From: Nitrospirota bacterium
Lineage (GTDB): Bacteria; Nitrospirota; UBA9217
NCBI GenBank assembly: GCA_963845065.1
Contig: CAWJQQ010000009.1
Span: 640,001 to 704,000 of the forward strand
Direction of reading: 5' to 3'
Length of the DNA: 64,000 nucleotides
Shown here one piece after another: positions 53,808 to 64,000 of the stretch (position 1 is its first letter; each line of letters starts with the position of its first letter). Below the pieces are notes generated by a model that ran no database searches, had not been told where the DNA came from, and saw nothing but the letters and a program-made list of their open reading frames with translations. The position numbers and the translations under genes were made by a program.

Positions 53808-54279
53808 GCTCTTCGATTAGAGAACCCTCTGATCAGGTCACACGCTAGTCGGCCATTTTCGTAAGATCAAACGAGTCAGGCATAAGAATTGATATTGTTC
53901 CTACATGGTTTTGACTTATCGTATTAGATGGTCCAGCAGGAATTTGTAAGAGGTTTCAATCAGGCACTGATGCAGGAGAGGTGTCCAGAAGGAGCTGTTA
54001 GATTCTGAATAGAGTGTAGTAACTGATGGAAGATTACAGCTAAGAAATATTTTTGAGGTTTGTATATAGGAGCTGAGGGGCAAGACTGCATGCATTATCC
54101 TAAAATTGATAAGCAGCGCATGCATTATTGTAGAGACTAAGCCGGATTTAGGTTATGATATATAAAAAAAGAGAAGCGATTAGTTATTTGTCGAAAAATA
54201 AAGGGTGAAAAAAACCATGCAAAGATTGTTCATTATAGTGCCTGTTTAAAAAAAAGATTTAAACCAAGGGAGGTTTGTC

Positions 54280-54882
54280 ATGAAAAGATTTATGCTTTTT
54301 TTTATTGCATTGGCAATGATCGGTTATGTCTCATCCGTATATGCCTGGGACCCGCCTGCTACAGTAAGAGAAATATCTATCCCAAGTCTTCCTGACATCG
54401 CCATAGTTTCAATAGATGCGCACGGGCCAGTGATTTACTTTAACCCTAATATCGCAATGCAAACGAATCATGATTTTGTCACTTTTTCCAGGGCTCATGA
54501 ATATGGCCATATATATCTTCACCATATTCAACGATCATTCTTTACTTCCAACCGTTTTAGTCAAGCATGGATACAACGCACAAAAGAAAATGATGCGGAT
54601 TGCTTCGCAGCGCAAGAGCTTATCAATTCCGAACCTCAGGCTGTTTATGCCGCGATTTCATTATTTAATGCTCAGGGGAATGGAAGAGTGGACTCATTGC
54701 ATCCAACTGGGTTTGAACGAGCTGCCAACATTCAGATATGTGCGGGGATAACACCACCCCCTCAGAAAAATTGTTGCGATAGCTTCGGCAAAAGAATGTG
54801 CCAAATCACTGTAAATACCGGTCCAATTGGTTCACCTTGTGGGTGTATAGGGATAGCAGGTATTGGGACAACGTGCAATTAA
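54280..54882 (+). CDS. Secreted HExxH zinc-metallopeptidase-like protein with Cys-rich C-terminus
   Basis: Signal peptide; AHEYGH, E.DADC.A, HP...ER; CCD..CQ..GSPCGC tail. Confidence 0.7.
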   Translation: MKRFMLFFIALAMIGYVSSVYAWDPPATVREISIPSLPDIAIVSIDAHGPVIYFNPNIAMQTNHDFVTFSRAHEYGHIYLHHIQRSFFTSNRFSQAWIQRTKENDADCFAAQELINSEPQAVYAAISLFNAQGNGRVDSLHPTGFERAANIQICAGITPPPQKNCCDSFGKRMCQITVNTGPIGSPCGCIGIAGIGTTCN

Positions 54883-54977
54883 TAACTACCTCACCATACG
54901 GCAAAAAAGCTCGCTTTGGTGTCTGCTTATGATTAATTTACTTGCTATAGTAGAATAAATTTATGAAAGCATGGCAT

Positions 54978-55010
54978 AACACCCCACGTCCTTGACGCGG
55001 GGATGAATGT
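54978..55010 (+). mobile_element. IS605-type end hairpin remnant
   Basis: ACCCCACGTCCTTGACGCGGGGATGAATG. Confidence 0.45.
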
Positions 55011-55342
55011 CATCCTTGCCCAAGGGGTGAAACGGTGCTACTCTCCACGATATTTTAAAAGCTCATATTGCTAAACTGTTTTTGCCTTGCAAAAGAAAAC
55101 GAGTTCGTGTTCTATAAGTCATTGAATTGCTCGGATAGCGATAGGGGACATTGAGCCCAATTAGTTCAATACCCTCAAGGTTTATTTAGATACGGTAACT
55201 CTTTTTGTGGTTGGTCCTTGGCTGATTAGGACGAATTCCCCATCTCTAAGGCAATAATCTCACCTGTTCGACGCTAGGGTAAAACCAGGATGGAACGGTC
55301 CGTGATGGACGTCGCGTCCATCCTGGCATGCCATTGAATTAC

Positions 55343-56662
55343 TTAAACTTTCATTTTCGCTAGTCTGAAAAAATCTACGAGAAATAGCATGACACCTGCA
55401 GTAAATCCCCATGCCGAAACCCAAAACACGGCATACCATAATTTCATGTACCCTTGCGTCGTGAGGAAATCCATACCTAGAACTCGCTGGAAGTAAACCT
55501 GCACGATGCCTGCGACAGCAAGGGATAAGGCCATAAGACCCATGAAGGAGCACATGAACCAGAAGGACTTGATGCCGAGCGACTGTTTGAAATTTGGCAG
55601 GCCTTTTAACTGTGGCATTGCGAAATAGAACATCGTAAGGTTAAGCATGGCATAAGCGCCGAAGAAAGCAAAATGGCCATGCGATGCCGTGATCTGCGTA
55701 CCATGGGTCCACTTATTAATCTGCGGCAACGTATGGGCAAAACCCCATACCCCTGCGCCGAAAAAGTGCATTACCGCGCAGCCGACGGCCCAATAGAGGG
55801 CTACCCTGTTCGTGATCTCGGTCTTCCGTTCGCGCACTACACGGAGGGTATCGACCACCATGAAGAGGATCGGGAGCGGTTCAAGGGCGCTGAATATGCC
55901 CCCCCACCAGAGCCAGTAGTTCGGCGTTCCAATCCAGTAGTAATGGTGCCCCGTACCTACAATGCCGGTAAACAGAACAAATCCGACCTCGATGTAGAGC
56001 CATTTTTCGACGAGCTGCCGATCAACGCCCGTTAGCTTCATCAGCATGAAGGCCATGATCGCGCCGGTAATGAGCTCCCAAGCTCCTTCCACCCAAAGGT
56101 GGATCACCCACCACCACCAGAAGTACTGGTCGGAAAGGTTCTTCATGAAAAAAACGCCGAAGAGAAACATTCCCGCAAGCATGACCAGCCCGCCCAAAAG
56201 GACGCCTTGGATCACCGTCCATTTCTTGGTCTTCATCATGGTCATGAAAATGTTGTAGAGGAAAATCAGCGCCACAAGGACAATCCCGAACTTCAGTACC
56301 GTGGGCTGCTCCAGAAACGGCATGCCCCATGTCCAGCCGAGGAGATAACCCACGATTGCCGTGACGCCGATGAGCGCGAACAGGACGAGCTGGAAATTCG
56401 CAAGTTTTTTGCTGTAGAGCTCGGTCTGCGCCTCTTCCGGAATGATGTAGTAAGTACCGCCCATAAAGCCGAAAAGAAGCCAGACTACAAGTAAATTAAT
56501 ATGGATTGCCCGCGCGGTGTTAAAGGGAACGATGTTGATGAGCGGGTCAAAATCCCACACGTACTTAGCGCCTGTGATCAGACCGAAGACGATCTGGAGC
56601 CCGAACAGAACTGCCGCAATCATAAAATAGTTTAGAGCAATTTTCTGCGATTCATATTTCAT
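55343..56662 (-). CDS. norB: Nitric oxide reductase large subunit (cNOR)
   Basis: RAIHINL, WWWVIHLWVEG, GTGHHYYWIG, HGTQITASHGHFAFFG. Confidence 0.95.
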   Translation of the reverse strand: MKYESQKIALNYFMIAAVLFGLQIVFGLITGAKYVWDFDPLINIVPFNTARAIHINLLVVWLLFGFMGGTYYIIPEEAQTELYSKKLANFQLVLFALIGVTAIVGYLLGWTWGMPFLEQPTVLKFGIVLVALIFLYNIFMTMMKTKKWTVIQGVLLGGLVMLAGMFLFGVFFMKNLSDQYFWWWWVIHLWVEGAWELITGAIMAFMLMKLTGVDRQLVEKWLYIEVGFVLFTGIVGTGHHYYWIGTPNYWLWWGGIFSALEPLPILFMVVDTLRVVRERKTEITNRVALYWAVGCAVMHFFGAGVWGFAHTLPQINKWTHGTQITASHGHFAFFGAYAMLNLTMFYFAMPQLKGLPNFKQSLGIKSFWFMCSFMGLMALSLAVAGIVQVYFQRVLGMDFLTTQGYMKLWYAVFWVSAWGFTAGVMLFLVDFFRLAKMKV

Positions 56663-56673
56663 CTCAACCCTCC

Positions 56674-57345
56674 TTAGCGCAGTCCTGCGAGATAACTCGC
56701 AAGATCGTCAAGATCTTTCGAGGCAAGCTTCGAAAAATCGGGCATGATGGATTTTGAATTATGTGATTTCGGATCCCTGATTTGAGCCTCGATCCATGCC
56801 TTGTCTCTTTTTCCTCCGACCTTGGTCAGGTCTGGCCCGACAGTACCGCCTACACCGTCCAGCAGGTGGCATGCGGAACATCCCTGCGCCTTGTACACTG
56901 CTTCGCCAGGGCTGCCGGAGGTCACCGCTGTAGCCAGGAGGGGCTTTGGAGGCCAGTTGTTCGTATCGATACCGTTCACCCACGTGAGAAAGGCGACCAC
57001 ATCGGCTACCTCCTGGTCCTGAAGGTGAAGGTTTGGCATCTTCCTAGCGTTTGGCCATACTTTCTCAGGGTCTTTCAAGAATCTGGTAACCCACGCGGTA
57101 TCACGATAGCTCATAACCTTTGTGACATCAGGAGCATAATAGCCTCCGATACCGAGAATCGTATGGCAGTCGTTGCAATTGTATTTCTGCCACACCCACT
57201 TACCCGCGACAACGTGGGCATCCAGCTTCTCTGCCCCGGTTCTCTTCGGCATTTGAACCAAAGAGTCATAGGAGAGGGCCAGGAATATCACAGCTGAAAT
57301 CACTGTACCCCAGATAAAAAATGCTTTTGCCTGCGACAGAGTCAT
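56674..57345 (-). CDS. norC: Nitric oxide reductase cytochrome c subunit with an extra heme-c domain
   Basis: N-terminal TM; CNDCHTILG.G.YYAPD; second CSACH..GPDL..MP domain. Confidence 0.92.
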   Translation of the reverse strand: MTLSQAKAFFIWGTVISAVIFLALSYDSLVQMPKRTGAEKLDAHVVAGKWVWQKYNCNDCHTILGIGGYYAPDVTKVMSYRDTAWVTRFLKDPEKVWPNARKMPNLHLQDQEVADVVAFLTWVNGIDTNNWPPKPLLATAVTSGSPGEAVYKAQGCSACHLLDGVGGTVGPDLTKVGGKRDKAWIEAQIRDPKSHNSKSIMPDFSKLASKDLDDLASYLAGLR

Positions 57346-57492
57346 AACTCCTCCTTTCGACGAAAAGAATTAAATATTCCCCCGTAGATTCCATATTTGT
57401 CACCGCCAACCACCCTGGGCTGGTTTTCAGAATTGAGTTTGAATATCTGATAACAAACCTTAAGACAATAACAGCAACGATACAATGATGCC

Positions 57493-57535
57493 ATTATATT
57501 TATTTTCTTCGTCTATAGTCAATGATTTATATCAT
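57493..57535 (-). promoter_or_regulatory. Sigma70 promoter with an FNR/DNR-like box upstream of norCB
   Basis: Minus-strand TTGACT-N18-TATAAT (57522-57493); ATGAT-TTAT-ATCAT (57522-57535) centred at about -42. Confidence 0.6.
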
Positions 57536-58011
57536 AACGGCGAGGGAAGGGAACGAGAGCTAGCTCAGTACGTGCGGCATAAGGCTGAGTGGCTATAATA
57601 ATTCTAGGCGTGGTTTCCGCGATTGTAGCGGAAAGAAGACATCTCAGTCGAAATTCACTAAATAAGCTCTCTCGCTCCATCTTCAACATTCAGGATCAAG
57701 TACTATGTTGGTGTTAATGCCGATGACGCCCGACGACGCCTGAACTGTCGTTTGCATTTTTGCTGTATAAGATAGCCAAGTCTAACGGAGGGAAATCACC
57801 TTTTTACAGTGGTGGGGCGAAAGCCGAACCTTTTATTTATAGTAAAAAGTACTTTTCTAGAATTAATAAACTAAATGATAATTTCGTCCAACCTTAATCT
57901 ATTCATATTTTAGTCAGTTCTTGTGACCGTGAGTTGAGTAAAAATATTTTTTGGTGACTAGTGCTGTCCGGACGAAACGGAGGTGAAGATTTTTGCCTTT
58001 TTGAAGAATGA

Positions 58012-58570
58012 GTGAATTACCCCGCAGCAGAGCTGCGGGGCATCCTAAAATCGCTAGAACCTAAAACCAATTTGCTCATCATGCTGATACTGAATATATT
58101 TTCTGATAATTTCTGCCGTTACTTTGTCGCCAACCGAACGGACAAAGTAACCATCGTTCCAGAGTTCCCCTCCCCAAAGCTTTTTCTTCATCTCGGGGAA
58201 TTCTTGAAACATTATCTTCGCGGATATACTTTTGACTATCTGCACTACCCTCGCCGGAGCATACTTCAGTGGCACAACCAAAAACAAATGCACGTGATCA
58301 TCCATTACTTCCATCGTGTTTATCTCAAATTCATATTGTTCTGCGATCTCGCGAAATATCTCTTTCAGTCTTTTCGTCATTCGATCGTTGAACAGTTTTT
58401 CCCGATATTTTGGTATCCATACAAAATTGTACTTCAGATCATAGACACTAAGTTTGCTTCTTCTCAATGGGCTCATGGCCCGTATTGTAACAGATTCTCA
58501 TCCTGACTTCGTCAGGATTGTCCTTTTCATCCCAGCAGTAGAACTGCTGGGTATTCAAGGCCAGATTTTT
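58012..58570 (-). mobile_element. IS200-family element (tnpA only)
   Basis: End hairpins CCCAGCAG-TTCTA-CTGCTGGG and CCCCGCAG-CTCTG-CTGCGGGG; left end follows TTTAT. Confidence 0.9.
58054..58476 (-). CDS. tnpA: IS200/IS605 Y1 transposase
   Basis: YNFVWIPKYR, DHVHL (HUH), LWNDGYF, IRKYIQYQ. Confidence 0.95.
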   Translation of the reverse strand: MSPLRRSKLSVYDLKYNFVWIPKYREKLFNDRMTKRLKEIFREIAEQYEFEINTMEVMDDHVHLFLVVPLKYAPARVVQIVKSISAKIMFQEFPEMKKKLWGGELWNDGYFVRSVGDKVTAEIIRKYIQYQHDEQIGFRF

Positions 58571-58681
58571 ATAAAGGGACGTTGAAATTGCGGCGGCAGG
58601 AAAGATTTCCAAGAGGCTACTCCGACTGTTCAGACGTGATCTTCTGTGACGACAATGCAAAGCAAGGCCTATGCTTATTCT

Positions 58682-61654
58682 TTATTGAAAAGGCACAAAT
58701 CCTCTTCTCAGTGTATTTTCACATATACTTACGGGATTAAGGAACTGAAGTAGATAATCCGGCCCGCCTGATTTTGAGCCGACGCCTGACATGCCGAATC
58801 CGCCGAATGGCTGTCTGCCTACGAGCGCCCCGGTAATTTTTCTATTGATATAAAGGTTTCCGACGTGGAATTCCTCCTTCACCTTTTGTATTGCATTTGG
58901 GCTGCGCGAAAAGAGGCCGCCGGTTAGTGCATAAACGCTTTCATTCGCCGTTATGATCGCTTCATCGAGATTCTTTACCTTAATGATCGTGAGCACGGGA
59001 CCGAAAATCTCCTCCGTCGCAATACGGGACCGGGGAGGTGCATCAATGAATATGGCGGGCCCGACAAAATAACCAGAGGATGATATTTGTTTTTCGAGGA
59101 TTATTCTACCTTCCGTCTTTCCGATTTCTATGTATGACTTGATCTTTTTCAGCGCTGCATCATCAATAACAGGACCGAGAAAATTAGTCGGGTCTTCGGG
59201 CGTGCCGATCCGCAGGCTAGCGACTGCATCGACGAGGCGACTACAGAGCTCATCGAATATGTCTTCAATGACGATCAACCGCGAACATGCTGAACACTTT
59301 TGTCCCTGATATCCAAATGCAGAGTCAAGGATTCCTTTAACCGCCTCGTCCAGATCGGCGGTTTCATCAACAATAACCGCATTTTTCCCGCCCATTTCGG
59401 CGATTACCCTTTTTACATTTCGTTGACCAGGCTTCGGTTCCCCTGCGAGTTGGACGATTCTGAGGCCGACATCCTTCGACCCGGTAAAAACAATGAAATC
59501 GACGGCAGGATGGGAAATAAAATATTCTCCTACTTCGTTCCCCGGCCCAGGAAGAAACTGAAGCACTCCTGCAGGGAGGCCCACGGACCTGAATGTCTCG
59601 GCTAGTTTGTATCCCATGACTGGTGATAGGCTTGACGGTTTTAACAGCACGCAGTTTCCAGCCACAATTGCCGCGGAGGCCATGCCCGTAGCAATCGCGA
59701 GGGGAAAATTCCAAGGAGCAATGACGACCCCGATCCCTTTTGGCTGATAGAGGTATGCATTTTGTTCACCAGGATAATCCTGGAGTAGCCTTGGCTTGGC
59801 GAGGCGCTTTATCTCCCGACCGTAATATTCGAGATAATCGATCGCTTCGCACACGTCGCCATCTGCATCAATCCATGTTTTCCCCACTTCGATGACCTCA
59901 AGTGCTACGAGGTCAAAACGCTTTTTCCGGATGGCTTCTGCTGCCTGTAAAAGATATTCCGCTCTCTTTTCAGGATCAATCTTTCGCCACGATGCGGCTG
60001 CTTTTCGGGCTTCTTTGATTGCCGCATCAGCTTCTGGGATTCCCGCGGAGGATACTATGCCGACTACATCTGCGGGACTTGTCGGATTATATGATGAGAT
60101 TTTACGATCCGTCCTGACCTCGCTATCGCCGATAAGGAGCGGATACTGCTCGATCCTGTTCTCTTTGACAGTCCGGAGTGCATCGGCCATCCTTCTTCTA
60201 TTCAGGCTGATGGAAAAATCGAAAAGAGGTTCGTTCCGAAAAGTGCTGCCCGACATCTCCTTTTCGGAGGTTTTCAGTTGTGCCCTCGGGGCACGGATAA
60301 GATCGTCAAAAGAGGTCTTCTCGCTGAAGGATTTTCTAAGGAAAGACTCGTTGGACGTATTTTCCAGAAGTCGCCGGACTAGGTAGGCCATACCCGGAAT
60401 CAATTTACCAACAGGAGAATACGTCCGTACGTTGAAGCCGCGCTCGCGCAGTGCTTTCCGGACGGGATCAGCCATGCCGTAGAGAATCTGAAATTCGAAG
60501 TCCTGTTTGGGAACATTCAGCGCATCAGCTGCGGCAATTGCATGGCTGATGCTTCTAAGATTATGCGTGGCGATTGCAGGACTAACTGCATCAATGTGTT
60601 CAAAGAGGAGCAGGGTGAGCCGTTCGAAGTTAAGGTCCGTTTCCTCCTTATTCAAAAAGACAGGCAAGGGCCATCCCTTCTGACGGTTAATGGCTATTTC
60701 ATAATCCCAGTAGGCGCCTTTGACAAGACGTATAATGATCTTCCTCGATTGTTTCCGCGCCCATCCTGTAAGGGCAGAGATATCTTTTTCCGTATCCATT
60801 AAATATGCTTGAAGCGCTATGCCTGCCGTAGGAAACTCTCTAAATTCCTCTTCATCGAGGATGCTTTTAAAAATCGCTATGGTGATGTCCTTGTTATAAT
60901 ACTGTTCCATATCGAAAGTAACTGATATGCCGAGCGCCTTAGCTTTTCTGAGGATCGGCCGAAGATTCTCCTTGGTCTTGGCGAGGGAACCTTCCCAGTC
61001 ACAAGGTTCAAGCTGGAAATATAGCGAGGAAACCTTGATCGAGACATCAGGTGAAGCCTCATCCGGAAAACTCTCATGCATGTAATCCAGTAGCCCCAGG
61101 TAGCGCTTAACATACTCCGCGGCCTCCCTGTTGCTCAAAACGGCCTCGCCCAACAGATCGATGCTGAAGCTGCTGCCATCTTTTCGCAGGGCGTTAATGG
61201 CGTTTTTAATATCATTTGCTTCCGTTCCTGCGATGAACTGACGGGCCATGGACTCGATGCTTTTTCTGATCACCGGACCTGCAATGAATGGTGTGAGCAC
61301 CTTCCCGAAGAGCATACCGATACCGCCGCTGATGATCTTCGGTACACTGTCCTCGCGGGGGAAATACTCCTGCAACAACCGAATCAATTGGTCATCTGAC
61401 TTGAGCGACGGTAGCACATCGATGAACCGGAAGAGCCCGATTTTGAATTCTTCGTGCTTCATGGCCCAGTCCATGATTTTGCCCGTCCATCTCTTCATGT
61501 CGAAGACTGGCGAAACTTCCCGCACCGCGGAAAAAAGCTTAAGTCCCGTTTCGCGTATCTTATCCTCAATATTGATTTCTATGTTCATAGTCATGATCAT
61601 GCACCCATTTCGCGAGCGGGGTGGAGCGGATGAGACGCTGCTGTATCGTATCAA
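58682..61654 (-). CDS. putA: Bifunctional proline dehydrogenase / P5C dehydrogenase
   Basis: DLLGEAV, FDME, RLVKGAYWD, ATHN, YLVRRLLENTSN, PWNFP, EMGGKN, GQKCSAC; true start probably ~61590. Confidence 0.95.
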   Translation of the reverse strand: MIRYSSVSSAPPRSRNGCMIMTMNIEINIEDKIRETGLKLFSAVREVSPVFDMKRWTGKIMDWAMKHEEFKIGLFRFIDVLPSLKSDDQLIRLLQEYFPREDSVPKIISGGIGMLFGKVLTPFIAGPVIRKSIESMARQFIAGTEANDIKNAINALRKDGSSFSIDLLGEAVLSNREAAEYVKRYLGLLDYMHESFPDEASPDVSIKVSSLYFQLEPCDWEGSLAKTKENLRPILRKAKALGISVTFDMEQYYNKDITIAIFKSILDEEEFREFPTAGIALQAYLMDTEKDISALTGWARKQSRKIIIRLVKGAYWDYEIAINRQKGWPLPVFLNKEETDLNFERLTLLLFEHIDAVSPAIATHNLRSISHAIAAADALNVPKQDFEFQILYGMADPVRKALRERGFNVRTYSPVGKLIPGMAYLVRRLLENTSNESFLRKSFSEKTSFDDLIRAPRAQLKTSEKEMSGSTFRNEPLFDFSISLNRRRMADALRTVKENRIEQYPLLIGDSEVRTDRKISSYNPTSPADVVGIVSSAGIPEADAAIKEARKAAASWRKIDPEKRAEYLLQAAEAIRKKRFDLVALEVIEVGKTWIDADGDVCEAIDYLEYYGREIKRLAKPRLLQDYPGEQNAYLYQPKGIGVVIAPWNFPLAIATGMASAAIVAGNCVLLKPSSLSPVMGYKLAETFRSVGLPAGVLQFLPGPGNEVGEYFISHPAVDFIVFTGSKDVGLRIVQLAGEPKPGQRNVKRVIAEMGGKNAVIVDETADLDEAVKGILDSAFGYQGQKCSACSRLIVIEDIFDELCSRLVDAVASLRIGTPEDPTNFLGPVIDDAALKKIKSYIEIGKTEGRIILEKQISSSGYFVGPAIFIDAPPRSRIATEEIFGPVLTIIKVKNLDEAIITANESVYALTGGLFSRSPNAIQKVKEEFHVGNLYINRKITGALVGRQPFGGFGMSGVGSKSGGPDYLLQFLNPVSICENTLRRGFVPFQ

Positions 61655-61888
61655 CGATTCGATTTGAGTATTTTACGAGTATAATGCTGTCGAATACGAG
61701 ATGAATCTTCAAATGTTGCAGAAAACTTAAACTTTATTGAATAGGATGTTATATATTATTAAAGGAATAGGTAAACAGACCAGCATAGCAGAGAAAAAAT
61801 GTTATTATAATCTACCCAAAATAGAAACCCCCTGCTAAAAATATTGTTCATAATAGTGGGAACTCATTTTTTGAACAGGAGGTGTCGT

Positions 61889-62240
61889 ATGAATACTATA
61901 AATAGTATCAGGCTCCAGCAGTTTTGTCAATTTAGGAATGAGAGTCGCGGTTCTACGGAGTATATAATCGTCGGCGTGAACATTGCCAAGGACAAGCACA
62001 ATGCTTTTTTTGGCACGGCAACCGGTTCAGCATTGTTCAAAGGAATGTTTTTTGGTAATACGCTGGAAGGATTTGGTAAACTGCTTGCGCAGGTAGAAAA
62101 ACTAAAGGCGGAAAACGGTCTTTCTAAAGTGGTCTTTGGCCTGGAACCTACGGCCAACTATCATAAGTCCTTGGCGGAAAATCTCATCGCGTGCGGTCAC
62201 ACGGTTGTTCTGGTATCTCCCTTTTCGACCGTAAAGAAAC
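61889..62240 (+). pseudogene. IS110-family transposase N-terminal fragment
   Basis: IVGVNIAKDKH (catalytic D>N), VFGLEPTANYH; sequence diverges after VLVS. Confidence 0.8.
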
Positions 62241-62400
62241 GGCAGTTCCTGGCCTTTTGTACGCCACGGACGTCAACTGCCTTAATCACATCTTTTGCGT
62301 GAAAGACCGCGTTGTTATGCATAGCCCTGATGAAAGATTCATGGTGACGTTCTCCTGTTCGGTTCGGAATGCCCGTTTTTATTACCCCGTCGAGGCCTGA

Positions 62401-62727
62401 TCAGTTTTTCCAAAGTGTGTCCGAGTGGCGCAGCATATCTCCCTGATACCAAGGCGACTTCTTTACGAGAAATTGCGTTGCAAGTAACGTGTCCCTGTAC
62501 TTCAAACTTGTTTTCTTGAGCAAGCCCAGAGCTGTTATGGCATCGAGAAGGATTTCAGTTGCGCGTGAATCGGTCTTGATCCTCTTAGACAAAACGCCGC
62601 TGGTCTTCGGCGTCTTGAGGTGTTCAAATATGGCATAGTTATTTGCGGTAAGGATTACACGCGAGGCTCGAAAGCCCCCAGAGAGTTGTCTGAATACCTG
62701 AAGTTGCTGTAGACGACTGTTGTCCAT
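62401..62727 (-). pseudogene. O-methyltransferase N-terminal dimerisation domain, truncated
   Basis: GFRASRVILTA...IFEHL...ATEILLDA...LGLL; no SAM-binding domain follows. Confidence 0.7.
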
Positions 62728-63450
62728 GGGAGTGGTCCTTTCAATAAAAAAAATGACCGCCGGATATCGGACGGTATATAATTGGCATTTTTAGTACTGC
62801 GGTATGTTTATTTCCGCTAACAGGTTGACCGACAACAGACTATTATGGAACAAAATACGAAAACCTCATGGAAATAATAAACAGTGTGTTGAGCATATAC
62901 GCGCAGTTCATAACAAGTGAGTGTTTCGGAAGAAACCGTGACAATACAATAGCGAATCCTTATCTAATATAACATTTACCATAGTTTTTCGTGGTTGGCA
63001 GAAAAATTTCTTCACCCGTTCGCGACACTCTTCTGGCGTGATATGCTCTTGGTGTGTACCAAGCACTATCTTGATATTCGGGAAAGTTTTCTCTAGAGCA
63101 TCTTATATTTCTCCTTAAACAGACAGAGTGTCTTCACGTATAGCCAATTTGGATGGTGTCAACTAAACTCGCTGAGCCCTCTGATGCGCATCAATAGTTT
63201 ATTTGGACCGGTAAGTGTACGGTACCGTGGCGTTGCTTTCACAATTACCGAGTTTAATTCAAAAGATTCTTCGCATTCATAAAGGCTTTTGCCGCTCTAT
63301 CAATCGAAAATTTAGACGCATGAGGAGTGCGCGCCCTTGCAATATTCCTATTATTTTCTTTACAAAAAGGTCAGCGCATACTAAAATCGTGCCACTTATT
63401 CTTTGAGCAGTTCCTAGAATTAGTATTCTGGGAACAAAGGAGGTAATCAT

Positions 63451-63789
63451 ATAAAAATGAGCAATGAAGTAAAAACAATGTTGGGGTAAATGCCTTTTGT
63501 GCCGTTAGTCACCACGGAAAATGAAGGGCCGCATCTCATTGTAGTGGGCAAAGGAATCGTCATCGATGACGATACGATTGTTTTTTCGGTTGCTACCAGC
63601 CGGAATATAGAGAATAACGGGATCAGTCAGATCGTCGTTGTCTCGGAAACACGGGACATGGGATACAGGCTTGCAGCCACGGGACACATTGAAAAGGAAG
63701 GCGCGATTTCAGACCGCCTTCGGGGAATTTCTCCGAAGCAACTTGGAAGGCTTAATTTCGTAACTGTCATGAAAATGGAATGGATATAA
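63451..63789 (+). pseudogene. Degraded pyridoxamine-5'-phosphate oxidase-like (FMN-binding split barrel) gene
   Basis: AGGAGG RBS then ATA (lost start), in-frame TAA 63487-63489, then PLVT....GPHL...TSRNIENN..GYRL. Confidence 0.6.
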
Positions 63790-64000
63790 TTGCTATTTTA
63801 GCGCGATGATCTCAGGTTTTCAATGCATAAAGAAGGTCAAAAAGGGTCACTCCTTTGGCCTTGTCAAAGACAGCAAGCATAAAGAAGCAACCCCTATTAT
63901 CGAAATCACTAGTTCCAAGTGAAAATACTGGGAACCACTCGCGAGGGTGCATGATACTATCAGTACCCGATAATGGTTTCTACTTCTTAAAGTATAGGGT

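Noticed and set aside
58012..58506. 164-aa plus-strand ORF
   Set aside because: Antisense to IS200 tnpA
61740..61888. IS110 bridge RNA
   Set aside because: Element is truncated and its ends cannot be defined; no structure can be supported by eye
62555..62570. TTTC-AGTTGCGC as a target of the 21723 guide
   Set aside because: Only an 8-nt match with an imperfect TAM; expected by chance
1..64000. CRISPR array, cas genes, rRNA or tRNA
   Set aside because: No regularly spaced direct repeats and no recognisable structural RNA genes seen by eye

Overview
Bacterial accessory region. Gene content suggests a Nitrospirota/Deltaproteobacteria-like anaerobe or microaerophile (inference). It is dense with insertion sequences: ISL3, IS256, IS3, IS4 and IS1182 with visible IRs and target-site duplications, plus IS630, IS481-like, IS110, IS200 tnpA, RAYT-like and several IS200/IS605 (TnpB) elements and remnants. 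Between them lie intact modules: lysine catabolism (pcd-lat-FAD oxidase-unknown VOC protein), eutBC, norCB, putA, nadE, ftsH/ctpA, DUF2844/DUF3443 with Ig repeats, DUF2950, a rhodanese and PilZ proteins. Main observations: (1) a thioredoxin-like ORF is joined in frame through a single UGA to an organomercury-lyase (MerB)-like ORF, with a SECIS-like hairpin just downstream, i.e. a candidate selenoprotein MerB. (2) A tnpB-only IS605-type element has a TGA at a zinc-finger Cys, and at least two stand-alone, structurally co-varying copies of its omegaRNA/right-end region carry different guide flanks. (3) A lysine-degradation operon ends in an unannotated VOC-like protein that may replace HglS. (4) Two host genes can be rebuilt exactly in frame by removing IS elements. 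All family calls are by motif recognition by eye; no database searches were run.
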